Below are positions 9,458-18,526 of a DNA stretch of 64,000 nucleotides, piece by piece. Positions within the stretch are counted from its first letter, which is position 1. Each line of letters opens with the position of its first letter. Origin of the DNA: a virus. Taxonomy: Duplodnaviria; Caudoviricetes. The translations under genes and the position numbers were made by a program. The notes beneath the pieces are model-generated. The model was not told the DNA's origin. It made no database searches and was given only the letters and a program-made list of their open reading frames with translations. The stretch lies in the IMG/VR virus record IMGVR_UViG_3300031418_000007; one strand, written 5' to 3'.

Positions 9458-9838
9458 TCATTGGGGGTTATCAAAGACGTGATCAACAACGGAAGCCTTT
9501 TTGCAAATATGCTGAATGCGATTTCCTTCAGTGAATTGCACTACAGAATATTGTTGCATATTGCCGTTGTCGATGAACTCTATAGCATAAGAGCACAGTT
9601 GCGGATTATTTCCCAACGGTAACTCCCAGCTATCATAACCCTGTCCTCTGTTTACTATGGGTTCGAGCTTTTGCACAGTGGATGTGCAGGTGGAACTCTG
9701 GAGGCTGAATGTGTGCTCACCACCAGCAATTGTTTCCAACACTGCCACACCCGCTGCGGTTTCGCATTTGAATATGGTGTCGGCAATAGAAGAGCTTGAA
9801 AAGCAAAGTAATAGCAATACGATTATTACATTCTTCAT
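9458..9838 (-). CDS. Secreted (Sec signal) Cys-containing periplasmic protein
   Basis: Signal peptide MKNVIIVLLLLCFSSSSIA followed by DT...; IFKC near the N-terminus, HIC near the C-terminus, plus an internal Cys pair. Confidence 0.8.
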   Translation of the reverse strand: MKNVIIVLLLLCFSSSSIADTIFKCETAAGVAVLETIAGGEHTFSLQSSTCTSTVQKLEPIVNRGQGYDSWELPLGNNPQLCSYAIEFIDNGNMQQYSVVQFTEGNRIQHICKKASVVDHVFDNPQ

Positions 9839-9876
9839 GATGTCCTCGATCGTTTAATTGTAGGTTATACAATCAA

Positions 9877-9884
9877 ATAATGTA
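9877..9884 (-). promoter_or_regulatory. Early promoter variant TACATTAT
   Basis: Minus strand reads ggtc-TACATTAT-ttgattg, 39 nt upstream of 9838. Confidence 0.5.
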
Positions 9885-9916
9885 GACCCATAAAGCTTTT
9901 TATTGTAATTGGCTAA

Positions 9917-9949
9917 AATTAAGTTGTGGCGCAAAGCCACAACTTAATT
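9917..9949 (-). terminator. Terminator of the vRNAP/protease operon
   Basis: AATTAAGTTGTGGC-GCAAA-GCCACAACTTAATT, a 14-bp stem right after the protease stop. Confidence 0.75.
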
Positions 9950-9953
9950 GAGT

Positions 9954-10853
9954 TTAGAACAAGTTAAAGCAGCCGCTGTTAACGGCAGTTACTGTTTTAG
10001 AACCTTTGCTGTTACGCTTGATCGTTGCAATCACATTATCCATGTCATTGAAGCTTTCCATACCGGCGAAGCGAGCAATAACGTCTGGGTTGTTGCGATG
10101 TGTTTCCCAAGCATCTACCAGAGTATCAACAGTGAAGCTGATAGATCCCGCAGAGGAGGCGTCGAAACTGTTCCCCATACCGGACAGCAGATCTTCCAAA
10201 CCAGCAGTGAGATGTTTGCATGCTTCTGCTGCACCTGGTTCAAAGACCAGATCAAAGTTACAGAAGTATTCAATCATACGCGTTTTGTCACCCATCTTCT
10301 GAGGTGCGGTTACCGTTCGCATACTCAGGGCGGTGTTGATATCTGGATTAACCAGGCTATCAGCAGCCAACTGTTTGTGGGTACCAAAAGGAATGATCTC
10401 TGCACGCATCATCACCGGGTCATAACGACCACCTGTCATATCAAAGTGAATACGACGAATGTGCAAGCACACGTTGTCCATCACAATGGTACGCAGGCGC
10501 ATGACCCACTCAAACGCTTCAGTGATTGGTGTACGAACCACCATACCGTTGACACGCTCAAGGTAGAACGGTTGTGGATGGCCCAGCTCAGCATACACTT
10601 CGCCACGCGCGACACGACGCATCAGGTCACTATTGGGATCCATACACTCCATGATGTATTCATTCACGGGATAAGAATGCCCAAGACGAAGTGGGGCGTT
10701 TAATTTCCCCGCGTTCATCATGTAGTAACCGGAATCGTCCATGGGTTTCAATACCCCACGTTTTCCACTTCCAGCCAGTAGTGTGTTCTCAAAGGTCAAT
10801 GTCTGACCCTGTTGATTCACCAACTGACGAGAAGGCATTAAGATATTACTCAT
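9954..10853 (-). CDS. Prohead (head maturation) protease, phiKZ gp175 / T4 gp21-like
   Basis: Motifs AELGHP (His), LSMRT (Ser) and FDLVFEPG; possible C-terminal autocleavage sites AGLE and GME. Confidence 0.85.
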   Translation of the reverse strand: MSNILMPSRQLVNQQGQTLTFENTLLAGSGKRGVLKPMDDSGYYMMNAGKLNAPLRLGHSYPVNEYIMECMDPNSDLMRRVARGEVYAELGHPQPFYLERVNGMVVRTPITEAFEWVMRLRTIVMDNVCLHIRRIHFDMTGGRYDPVMMRAEIIPFGTHKQLAADSLVNPDINTALSMRTVTAPQKMGDKTRMIEYFCNFDLVFEPGAAEACKHLTAGLEDLLSGMGNSFDASSAGSISFTVDTLVDAWETHRNNPDVIARFAGMESFNDMDNVIATIKRNSKGSKTVTAVNSGCFNLF

Positions 10854-11577
10854 CGGTTGGAATACCCCTGATCATTTTATCCAGTCCAGTTACTTTATCA
10901 CTTGGCTTAATGATGCTGGACAGAAGGTTATCGTTTAAATAGCCACCAATGTAACGGGAGAAGCTGTCAGTGATCAGCATGCTTGGGTTGTTCAAACCTA
11001 CAATCACTGGATCCCTGCCTTCCTTCATGGCTTTGCTGCCACGATACGGTTTCTCTAAATCATCTGGGTCACGATAGATGATCGAGAACAAGGTGCGCAT
11101 TACCTGAGGTGACGAACCTACTTTCTTGCCTAACTCTTCCAAGGCCGAGTCAAACAGAGTACTGTGAACTTTCCAGTCCATATACCATGGAATCTTCGCG
11201 TAGTTCACGAACTCCATGAAGTAGTAGTACGGCATGTTGGGGTCAATCGAGCTACGGACATTTTCAAATACCGTGTCACCCTTGAAGAACTCCATATTGA
11301 CGTACTTGTCTCCGTTGATGCTGACGTCCGTCATATCCGTGGGATACAAGTTCATGTTCAGCATCGACAGGAAACAGCAATAACAGTCACCCGGTAAGAT
11401 GATGCCCAGCACAGGCGCCGTGGTCACGTAGTCTGTGATTTCAGCTAACCCGTTCTGGGTAAAACGACGAGGAATCTGAATAAACAAATTGCGGTTGGCT
11501 ATAACCGAACCGTCCTCCAGGATAGTCAACGCCTTTTCAACTTTCTCAGGATTCTTAACCAGTCCAGTTATATCCAT
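10846..11577 (-). CDS. Virion RNA polymerase beta-prime middle subunit (phiKZ gp176-like)
   Basis: 243 aa directly upstream of the protease, the conserved position of this subunit. Assignment rests mainly on synteny and recall. Confidence 0.7.
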   Translation of the reverse strand: MDITGLVKNPEKVEKALTILEDGSVIANRNLFIQIPRRFTQNGLAEITDYVTTAPVLGIILPGDCYCCFLSMLNMNLYPTDMTDVSINGDKYVNMEFFKGDTVFENVRSSIDPNMPYYYFMEFVNYAKIPWYMDWKVHSTLFDSALEELGKKVGSSPQVMRTLFSIIYRDPDDLEKPYRGSKAMKEGRDPVIVGLNNPSMLITDSFSRYIGGYLNDNLLSSIIKPSDKVTGLDKMIRGIPTDE

Positions 11578-11580
11578 TTG

Positions 11581-13107
11581 TTATTTCACCGTAAAGAGTT
11601 TATTAACGAAGTGTTGGATTACCGCAACATGCAGGTTTTCACGTTTAGTCACTTCACAGTCGCCAGCATTGCCCAGATCAATGGTCATGCCCAGCACAGC
11701 TTGCGCGTCTTTACAACCGATGAAGCCCAGGAAGTCAACAGGCAGGCCAGTGGCGAACACGGCGTCTTCCACAGACAGTTTACGGTTGTCCAGATTATGG
11801 GCCAGGCTTGAACCCACGTTACGGTTACCCAGGAACCCGGTTACCGCACGTTGAATCTCATCCACGTTATTAGTAGAAGAGAAGCGCTCTGACAGCTCAG
11901 GACAACCACAGATGAACTTCACCACTTCTTGCATGATCACGCGGTTGTAGACCTGTGCAGACGCACCGTGGGCGATATGAACCACTGATTCGCACAGAGA
12001 GTGCAGATACACCAGTGCTCCTTCCAAATTGCTTGGGTAAGAGCTGGCAATCGACGGATCCAGGTTAACGTACTTGCGATAGAAATACGCCAGTGCGACA
12101 TCAGAGAAGCTCATGCCTTTATCCAGACACATGTCGAGCCCCGTGGTGTTGTAATACACCGTGGCTTTAACACGAACACGTTTAAAGACCTTGGCGCCTT
12201 CAACTGGGCTTGCATCACGCACAGCAACTTCAGTGCGCTCTACGATACGAATTGGGAAAGACAACAGGCTAACTGCCGCGGTTTTCAATTCGATCAACGC
12301 TTTCTGGTAAGCGCAGTGCAGGAAGCGAACGTGCTGACGGTAATCTTCCAGACCACCCACGGTCAGACCTTCAAACGGTGCGTCTTCCGCAACCATCTTA
12401 CAGAGAATGACGTATTGGATAAACAGCGTTTCAGCGCGATCCAGACGTGGACGAGTAAAGTCAACGCTCTTGCCTTCTTCATCGAAGTGGAACGGCAGAC
12501 CCCAAACACGCGCCAGTGAACTCAGTGCTTCAGAGAGATCAACGTTTGAGCTCATCATCAGTTCATTGATTTCTGGATTGTCGATGTTCAGCCAACCGGC
12601 AACCTGAGAACTGTCCCAACGAGCAAACTGAACCTTTTCCAGAGAGTCCAAGCTGATGTTGGCGTAGTCAGCAACCAGCTTTGGTGCAGTCAGTGGATAG
12701 AACAGTGAGCTGTAGAAAGGGTGATCGGTACGAATGAACTCAAGGTCCATCTGACCCAGCAGGAAGTTCTTTGCCATGCGGTTGGTGTCTGACATGTCCA
12801 GATCAGTGGCCATCAGTGCAGAAGCCACTTGGCCTGACAGACCACGACCGTAGATACGGATCTGTTCAAAAGTCCCGCGTAGGTTTTCTGCCAACGCCGT
12901 GGTGACTTCATCACTGATTACTGCGTATTCAGGAGAAGTAGCACTGAGCTCAGGAACACGCGCTGCGTAATCTTCAGGCGTCAGCGGCAGCGCACCTTCC
13001 AGGCTGTCGGTCAACGCAACAACTACCGGACTTGCATTAGCAGCAATATCAAGATCAGTGCTGACAGCAAGCGCTTCGGCAATTGCTAAAGTCTTTTTAG
13101 TTAACAT
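11581..13107 (-). CDS. Virion head protein (conserved phiKZ-like)
   Basis: 508 aa within the vRNAP/protease operon; several A-x-E sites near the N-terminus are compatible with protease processing. Confidence 0.6.
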   Translation of the reverse strand: MLTKKTLAIAEALAVSTDLDIAANASPVVVALTDSLEGALPLTPEDYAARVPELSATSPEYAVISDEVTTALAENLRGTFEQIRIYGRGLSGQVASALMATDLDMSDTNRMAKNFLLGQMDLEFIRTDHPFYSSLFYPLTAPKLVADYANISLDSLEKVQFARWDSSQVAGWLNIDNPEINELMMSSNVDLSEALSSLARVWGLPFHFDEEGKSVDFTRPRLDRAETLFIQYVILCKMVAEDAPFEGLTVGGLEDYRQHVRFLHCAYQKALIELKTAAVSLLSFPIRIVERTEVAVRDASPVEGAKVFKRVRVKATVYYNTTGLDMCLDKGMSFSDVALAYFYRKYVNLDPSIASSYPSNLEGALVYLHSLCESVVHIAHGASAQVYNRVIMQEVVKFICGCPELSERFSSTNNVDEIQRAVTGFLGNRNVGSSLAHNLDNRKLSVEDAVFATGLPVDFLGFIGCKDAQAVLGMTIDLGNAGDCEVTKRENLHVAVIQHFVNKLFTVK

Positions 13108-13116
13108 GCGGGTTCC

Positions 13117-13290
13117 TTACTCTGACAGGGTTTTGATACGGCTGTTGATGGATTTGCTGATCTTCTCATCCTGAATAGCAGGATCCAGCGGTGCGATGTG
13201 CTCAAGGCCCAGTTTAGCGATGCCTGTTTTAACCAGCTGTGTGATCACAGCAATGGCGACAACGTTTCTTACAAAAGAGGGGTTGCTCAT
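13117..13290 (-). CDS. 57-aa small protein, probably virion-associated (not in ORF track)
   Basis: Reads MSNPSFVRNVVAIAVITQLVKTGIAKLGLEHIAPLDPAIQDEKISKSINSRIKTLSE*; ATGA overlap with the lysin stop. Confidence 0.7.
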   Translation of the reverse strand: MSNPSFVRNVVAIAVITQLVKTGIAKLGLEHIAPLDPAIQDEKISKSINSRIKTLSE

Positions 13291-14156
13291 TGTTTAATCT
13301 TCCTGTTGTTGAGCTGCATGCCTTCATAATAAGAGGCATAGATGCGCGCAGAGATTTCACCGATCGTGATGATGCCATCGCGGTTGATATCCAGGCCGTT
13401 GTTCTGAGTATAACCTTTGGTGCCTTTCTCAAAGATTTTCTCATTCGGTGCATGACCGATGGCTTTTGGATAGAACACACTCAGATAAAAATCATCCAGA
13501 CGTCTAAAGATGCCGTAAGAGCGCTGACGCATGTCAAAGTATTTGAACACGTATTGCAGCTGTTGCATCTGGGTCATTGACGCCAAGGCCTGTACAGTGG
13601 TGTTTAAGTCACTGGCAGCCGGCGCCATGAATTGCAGCAAACCAAAAGCTTGCGCACCCGCCATGTTTTGGATATCAGGACGGAATGTACCTGCTGACTC
13701 AAAGCCCATGCAACCCATTGCACAGTGCGCACCGCGCCAGCCCAGAGTGGCTTTATCCGCCCAGTCTTTTACTGCTTGAGTAAACTCAGTTGAAACACGG
13801 GCGCTCCAACAGATGTCCCACTCAGGCAGACCTTTATCCTGACGGTACTCTTTGTTGATGGTAAAGAAAGCGAAAGAAGTGCCATCGCCATATAAACCAT
13901 CTGGACGTCCAGTGTAAAGACCGAGAGCGGTGAGAGCACGTTGAACGGACATGAGAATAGCTTCTGGGGAAGAGGAGGGGACGAGCCCCTCCATCGTTGC
14001 CGTGATACCGCGCTTCTTAGCAGCAGTAGCGATCAGCAAGTTGACAGCATCCGTGCTGCCTTGCCCCCAGACGCCATCAATACGACCGTTGTACAAACGT
14101 GACTCAGCAAGTCCCACTTGTAGGTCTTTAATTGCATTGACGCCGGAATTGATCAT
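13287..14156 (-). CDS. Modular endolysin: two PG-binding repeats, lysozyme/SLT-like catalytic domain and EF-hand-like loop
   Basis: Repeats LQVGLAESRLYNGRIDGVWGQGS and VQRALTALGLYTGRPDGLYGDGT; catalytic FES...GLLQFM; loop DINRDGIITIGE. Confidence 0.85.
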   Translation of the reverse strand: MINSGVNAIKDLQVGLAESRLYNGRIDGVWGQGSTDAVNLLIATAAKKRGITATMEGLVPSSSPEAILMSVQRALTALGLYTGRPDGLYGDGTSFAFFTINKEYRQDKGLPEWDICWSARVSTEFTQAVKDWADKATLGWRGAHCAMGCMGFESAGTFRPDIQNMAGAQAFGLLQFMAPAASDLNTTVQALASMTQMQQLQYVFKYFDMRQRSYGIFRRLDDFYLSVFYPKAIGHAPNEKIFEKGTKGYTQNNGLDINRDGIITIGEISARIYASYYEGMQLNNRKIKQ

Positions 14157-17100
14157 TATTTATTACCTCTGTAGATGTTGATGAACTGGTCTTTAACTCC
14201 ATAACTAAACTCGGTTAAGCACGCTTTGTTCCGCAAGCTGATAACCATACGTTTAAACATTGACTTGAAGCTGAACTTAAGAGGAACAGGACGACCATCC
14301 TCAGTGTGCATTTGGCGCTCGACAATGTGCCCCACAGTCCCCTTCATCTGGTTACCGTAAACAAATTTATCTGATACCGTTGCCGCACTCAGACCTTCAA
14401 CGTAGATGCTCACACGAATACGACCATAAGGTATACTCGGTTGCTTCACGTTGATGCCGGTTCCCACTCGCATGCTGGTAGCCCCTTTACCCAAGAAGGT
14501 AGAAAGGTCACGCTGCTTCTTGTCATGCTCACGCACCAGTTTCTTCACAGAGTCGCTCATGTCCTCTTCCACAGCGTTATACGCAATTTCAATTGCGATA
14601 ACTTCTCCGGCGTAGGAAGATTTAATTTGCTTGATGCCCGCTCGGTTAATTTCGTGAAGGATATCGTCATCACTTTCAAAGTTGTCGACATAACTATCCA
14701 AAACTTCGCATAAAATCGAGTCGAACTCAACCTTGTCACCAACCTTGCGACGGATCTTAATAGTTTCATCTGCATTAATGAAGAAGGTGAACTCTTTTGG
14801 TACCGGTGTAACGAACTCTTGTGCCAGTCCGCTCCAGAATTCCATGGAGTCCTCATAGACCGTTTGGTCTTCCATAAAGGCAGCGCGTGTCATGCGACCG
14901 GTCTTCACCGATACCTGACCAGGACAATACGGGTCTTTAGCAAACCACTCATCATCCCACGCCAACACTTCACCTTCAGTAAACGTCTTACCTTCTTTCA
15001 TATCCGAAATCAACGTGTGACGATAGACCTCACCATCAGCACGACCTAATTTCAGACCCAGCTGGCAACTGTCAGTTGTACCATCGTCATACAACACGGT
15101 GATACCCTCTGAAGTAACCTTCGTAACCTTACCACCTTTCTTGGCCACCTTGGCAAAGGTTGGACCCAGGCGATGAGCAAAGAGGTTATCCTGCCCGGTA
15201 CGAACAATGTTCGGAGTATAGTTCCTTGCAGAGATTGCATGGCTACTCTGAATACTGGCGAAGGAAGAACGTTTCGGGTCATCAAGACAAGTCCCGTACT
15301 TCAAGTTACCGATCGAAGAAAGCAACTGGCTGTGTTCGGAATTTTCCTTGGTATCAACTGCACCACGGAAATCAGCAACGCGAGGATCACTTACGGTGTA
15401 GCCTACAAAGCCTACCTTACCGTTATCCTTGTTTGCTTCAGCGATCACACCTTTATAAGACTTCAGCTGAGCACGCGTACGTTTCAGCATGGTCTGTTCG
15501 TCACGACCTTTGAAACCACCAAAGGTAATGTCTTCTTGAGACTTCGCAACGTGGAAAGGTGACATCTCTTTTACCAGGGCGGCAGAACTGTCGGTAATAA
15601 TGTTGGTGATCACTGCCTGTGGGTTAAGGTCAAACGTCTGGTTGCCTGTCTCGGTCTTGTTCTTGAACTGGCGGTTACTCTTACACAGCTCAGAATAGAT
15701 GTGACTGACAAAACGTTCGTAACCCACGATCAGCTGTTCCTCAATCTCAACCTCATGGGTTGTGAAGTCGGTTAACAACAGTTTGATCGCGTCGATTAAC
15801 AGGTAATGGAAACTGACGCTGTAGCCCATGTTCCGCAGGCGCACTTTGGTGATTGGATCAATGAAGAGGTCAAACATGTTCTTCATTTCGTTGAAGTGCT
15901 GCGGACGCACTTTTGGATCCGCCATCAACGGAACCCACACGCCACGACTGTTTAAGTCACTGCGCGAGAAGTTCATCATTCCGCCAAGCTTGGCCATACC
16001 GCCGAATACCAAAGCCGCAATCCCTTCACGTTTGCTAAAGATCAGTTGCTCATCGTTGAAGGTTAATGCGAACTCATCACCCGCCAGTTTATAACGTTGA
16101 CCGGCTGGAATTGTGCGGTAAGTGGGTTTCAAGACCTTAAGGAGTTTATCGATGCCGAAGTAATAGCACAGCACCACACCCGCTGGAAACTTGTAACCGC
16201 CTACGTTGATCACTGCGTGTTCAATCGGCGACTTACGCATGTCTACACCAATGAGCTCTTCAAACGACCCCATAGCGGTACCGTCAAGATAGACGACACC
16301 AAAGGTATCGATAGTCATTGGTTTACCGCGGTATTCACCCACCGGCCAGCTGTTTTCCTTTTGCAGAGATTTCCACTCAGGATGCAGCTTAATCAACGCG
16401 TCGGTATCGAAGTTGAACTCCAAACCAAACGGATCATCGTTGACTTTGATTAAACGGTATTTGCGGTTAAGCATGGTGACATAACGCGGGCACTTGATAC
16501 TGCGATCAATCAGGTTGGCGTTGCTCACGGTAAGTTGCTTGGCTTCAGAACGCAAAGCGATCTGTCGGATCAACCACTGACCATAATCGTCCACAACCAT
16601 TTCACTGCGGGTGACGTTGACTTTCTTATCGTAATAAGAGGTCAGTACCACGCGGCGTTCATTGATCTTACGAATCGGCTTTTCGATACGTTGGAACTGG
16701 AAGTACTGCTTCACGCCATCAACCAGAAACTCACCGTTTTCATCTACGGTAGGAATCGGGAAGGTACGTACAGCAGGTTTGCCTTTAACAGGCATCAGTT
16801 GCATGCGCAGAACCTGATAGCTACCCTCAATGTCTTCTACTTGATCAATAGCGTAGTCACTGAGGATAATGCCGGCGTTCTGTAAGTTCAGTACCGCGGC
16901 TGCGATATCCTTGTGCATGAACTTCTTGGCGTAATCGTTACGCAGAGCCACCACACGTTGACGTAACATGGTTTTGTCACGCACCGTAGGGAAGTTACCC
17001 TTGATGTGTCCACCGATATCCTTGAGTTCGTCTTCAGGGATCTGGATGAACTCTTCCAGTGTCTGACCATTTGGCATGACGATCTTCTGGAAGCTTTTGG

Positions 17101-18526
17101 CTTTCTCTTCGTAATAGGCTTTCTGACGTACAGTCAGTGTGCCTTCACGCGCCATCTCTTCCAACGCAAGATTGATCCCCGCGGTAGGGGTTTCAAAGAC
17201 GTCCTTGATCGTACTGATCGCCTCACTGACCACCGCTGGCTCTAGCGCATAGTCATTGATCGGACTTAGCCAATCGAGTTCTACCGACTCACCTTCTCCG
17301 CTTCCAGCTTCAGTGCCGGGTTCTGTTCCATCAGCTTCAGGCGACGTTGCTGTTCCTCCCGGTACTCCCACTGAGCCTGTTGCATCATGCGGGCTTCCCG
17401 TAGCTCCATCGGTTCCTGATGACTTAGAAGTATCTTCTTTATTAGTCCGGAAAAGATCGACAAGATCAACATGGTTAGAAGAAGTTTCTTCAGACTCATC
17501 CTTGCCAGCTTGGCCTTGGCCAGGGCGTCCGGATTGTGTTTGATTTTGTCCAGTGCGATCGTTCGGAGTGTCTCCCTCTCCTTCAACCAGTTCTCCACTG
17601 ACTTGTTCTTCATTGCTCTGCTCCAGCGCAGCATCTGACGAAGAACCGTTAACCAAGTTAATAAGGTTAAGATAAATACGCTTAACGGCGTTCTCAACTT
17701 TAGCAGGCTTAGTCCAAATCGGTTCCAGCCACGATAACAATAGACCTGCATTAATAATCCACACACGGCTATTGGAGCAGAACATGAATTGAACACTGTT
17801 TAACGTGTCGCGATCCAAGTGTGCAAACTGTGTGTGTTCCTTGTCACCCCGTAACCACATCAGTAAATCTAACAGCCAGTAGCAGTTCTCTGCCTTGGTT
17901 GCACGAAGTACTGTGTTGTCGACGTTTGGTTTTCCATCCTTGAAAGATTTCTTATAACGTGCTGAATCTTCGGTCAGCATCTTAAAGCTCGGCATGTTCA
18001 CCGGAAGATCAAAGCGAACAAACTGCTGCCGTTGGCTGTGATTCTTGCCCGTTTCATTAACACTGTTAATAAGCAGGTTAAAGGCGTTGTAAGCTTTAAT
18101 GAATTGCAGGAACAGGTTAGCCGTGTAGCGAAAGGTGCGGAATGCCATGGCGTGGTTCTGCACAACCAGGTTTCTTTCCATGCGATACGCAAAACCCAGA
18201 TCCTTGGCCCACTTGTACTGATAGAAACGGTTACGGTAAAACTTGATCGCCGGCTGTGGATTAAACACCACGTTGTGACCTGCACCCAGTACAGGAGAGA
18301 AGCCCAGCTGGAAATCAATGTAAACGTCGCCCGGATAGTTACTGATAAACGCTTCAGGGTACCCAGGACCTTCATCCTGATCATGCGTTGGCATGTAGTG
18401 GATAACCGCACCCTTTGGCAGTACGACGTCACCTACAGCGTGATAGCGCGGTGCAAGGAGGTCGTTCTTTTTACGTAGAACAAAGGCTTTGTAAAACTCG
18501 TTGTACGTGTGTAAACGTTGGGTCAT
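14156..18526 (-). CDS. rpoB: Virion RNA polymerase beta subunit, N-terminal/major part (phiKZ gp178-like)
   Basis: 1456 aa. RpoB-like motifs DDPKRSSFASIQSSH, YEDSM and SDKFVYGNQMKGTVG; lacks the RpoB C-terminus, which is encoded at 35356..36045. Confidence 0.9.
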   Translation of the reverse strand: MTQRLHTYNEFYKAFVLRKKNDLLAPRYHAVGDVVLPKGAVIHYMPTHDQDEGPGYPEAFISNYPGDVYIDFQLGFSPVLGAGHNVVFNPQPAIKFYRNRFYQYKWAKDLGFAYRMERNLVVQNHAMAFRTFRYTANLFLQFIKAYNAFNLLINSVNETGKNHSQRQQFVRFDLPVNMPSFKMLTEDSARYKKSFKDGKPNVDNTVLRATKAENCYWLLDLLMWLRGDKEHTQFAHLDRDTLNSVQFMFCSNSRVWIINAGLLLSWLEPIWTKPAKVENAVKRIYLNLINLVNGSSSDAALEQSNEEQVSGELVEGEGDTPNDRTGQNQTQSGRPGQGQAGKDESEETSSNHVDLVDLFRTNKEDTSKSSGTDGATGSPHDATGSVGVPGGTATSPEADGTEPGTEAGSGEGESVELDWLSPINDYALEPAVVSEAISTIKDVFETPTAGINLALEEMAREGTLTVRQKAYYEEKAKSFQKIVMPNGQTLEEFIQIPEDELKDIGGHIKGNFPTVRDKTMLRQRVVALRNDYAKKFMHKDIAAAVLNLQNAGIILSDYAIDQVEDIEGSYQVLRMQLMPVKGKPAVRTFPIPTVDENGEFLVDGVKQYFQFQRIEKPIRKINERRVVLTSYYDKKVNVTRSEMVVDDYGQWLIRQIALRSEAKQLTVSNANLIDRSIKCPRYVTMLNRKYRLIKVNDDPFGLEFNFDTDALIKLHPEWKSLQKENSWPVGEYRGKPMTIDTFGVVYLDGTAMGSFEELIGVDMRKSPIEHAVINVGGYKFPAGVVLCYYFGIDKLLKVLKPTYRTIPAGQRYKLAGDEFALTFNDEQLIFSKREGIAALVFGGMAKLGGMMNFSRSDLNSRGVWVPLMADPKVRPQHFNEMKNMFDLFIDPITKVRLRNMGYSVSFHYLLIDAIKLLLTDFTTHEVEIEEQLIVGYERFVSHIYSELCKSNRQFKNKTETGNQTFDLNPQAVITNIITDSSAALVKEMSPFHVAKSQEDITFGGFKGRDEQTMLKRTRAQLKSYKGVIAEANKDNGKVGFVGYTVSDPRVADFRGAVDTKENSEHSQLLSSIGNLKYGTCLDDPKRSSFASIQSSHAISARNYTPNIVRTGQDNLFAHRLGPTFAKVAKKGGKVTKVTSEGITVLYDDGTTDSCQLGLKLGRADGEVYRHTLISDMKEGKTFTEGEVLAWDDEWFAKDPYCPGQVSVKTGRMTRAAFMEDQTVYEDSMEFWSGLAQEFVTPVPKEFTFFINADETIKIRRKVGDKVEFDSILCEVLDSYVDNFESDDDILHEINRAGIKQIKSSYAGEVIAIEIAYNAVEEDMSDSVKKLVREHDKKQRDLSTFLGKGATSMRVGTGINVKQPSIPYGRIRVSIYVEGLSAATVSDKFVYGNQMKGTVGHIVERQMHTEDGRPVPLKFSFKSMFKRMVISLRNKACLTEFSYGVKDQFINIYRGNK

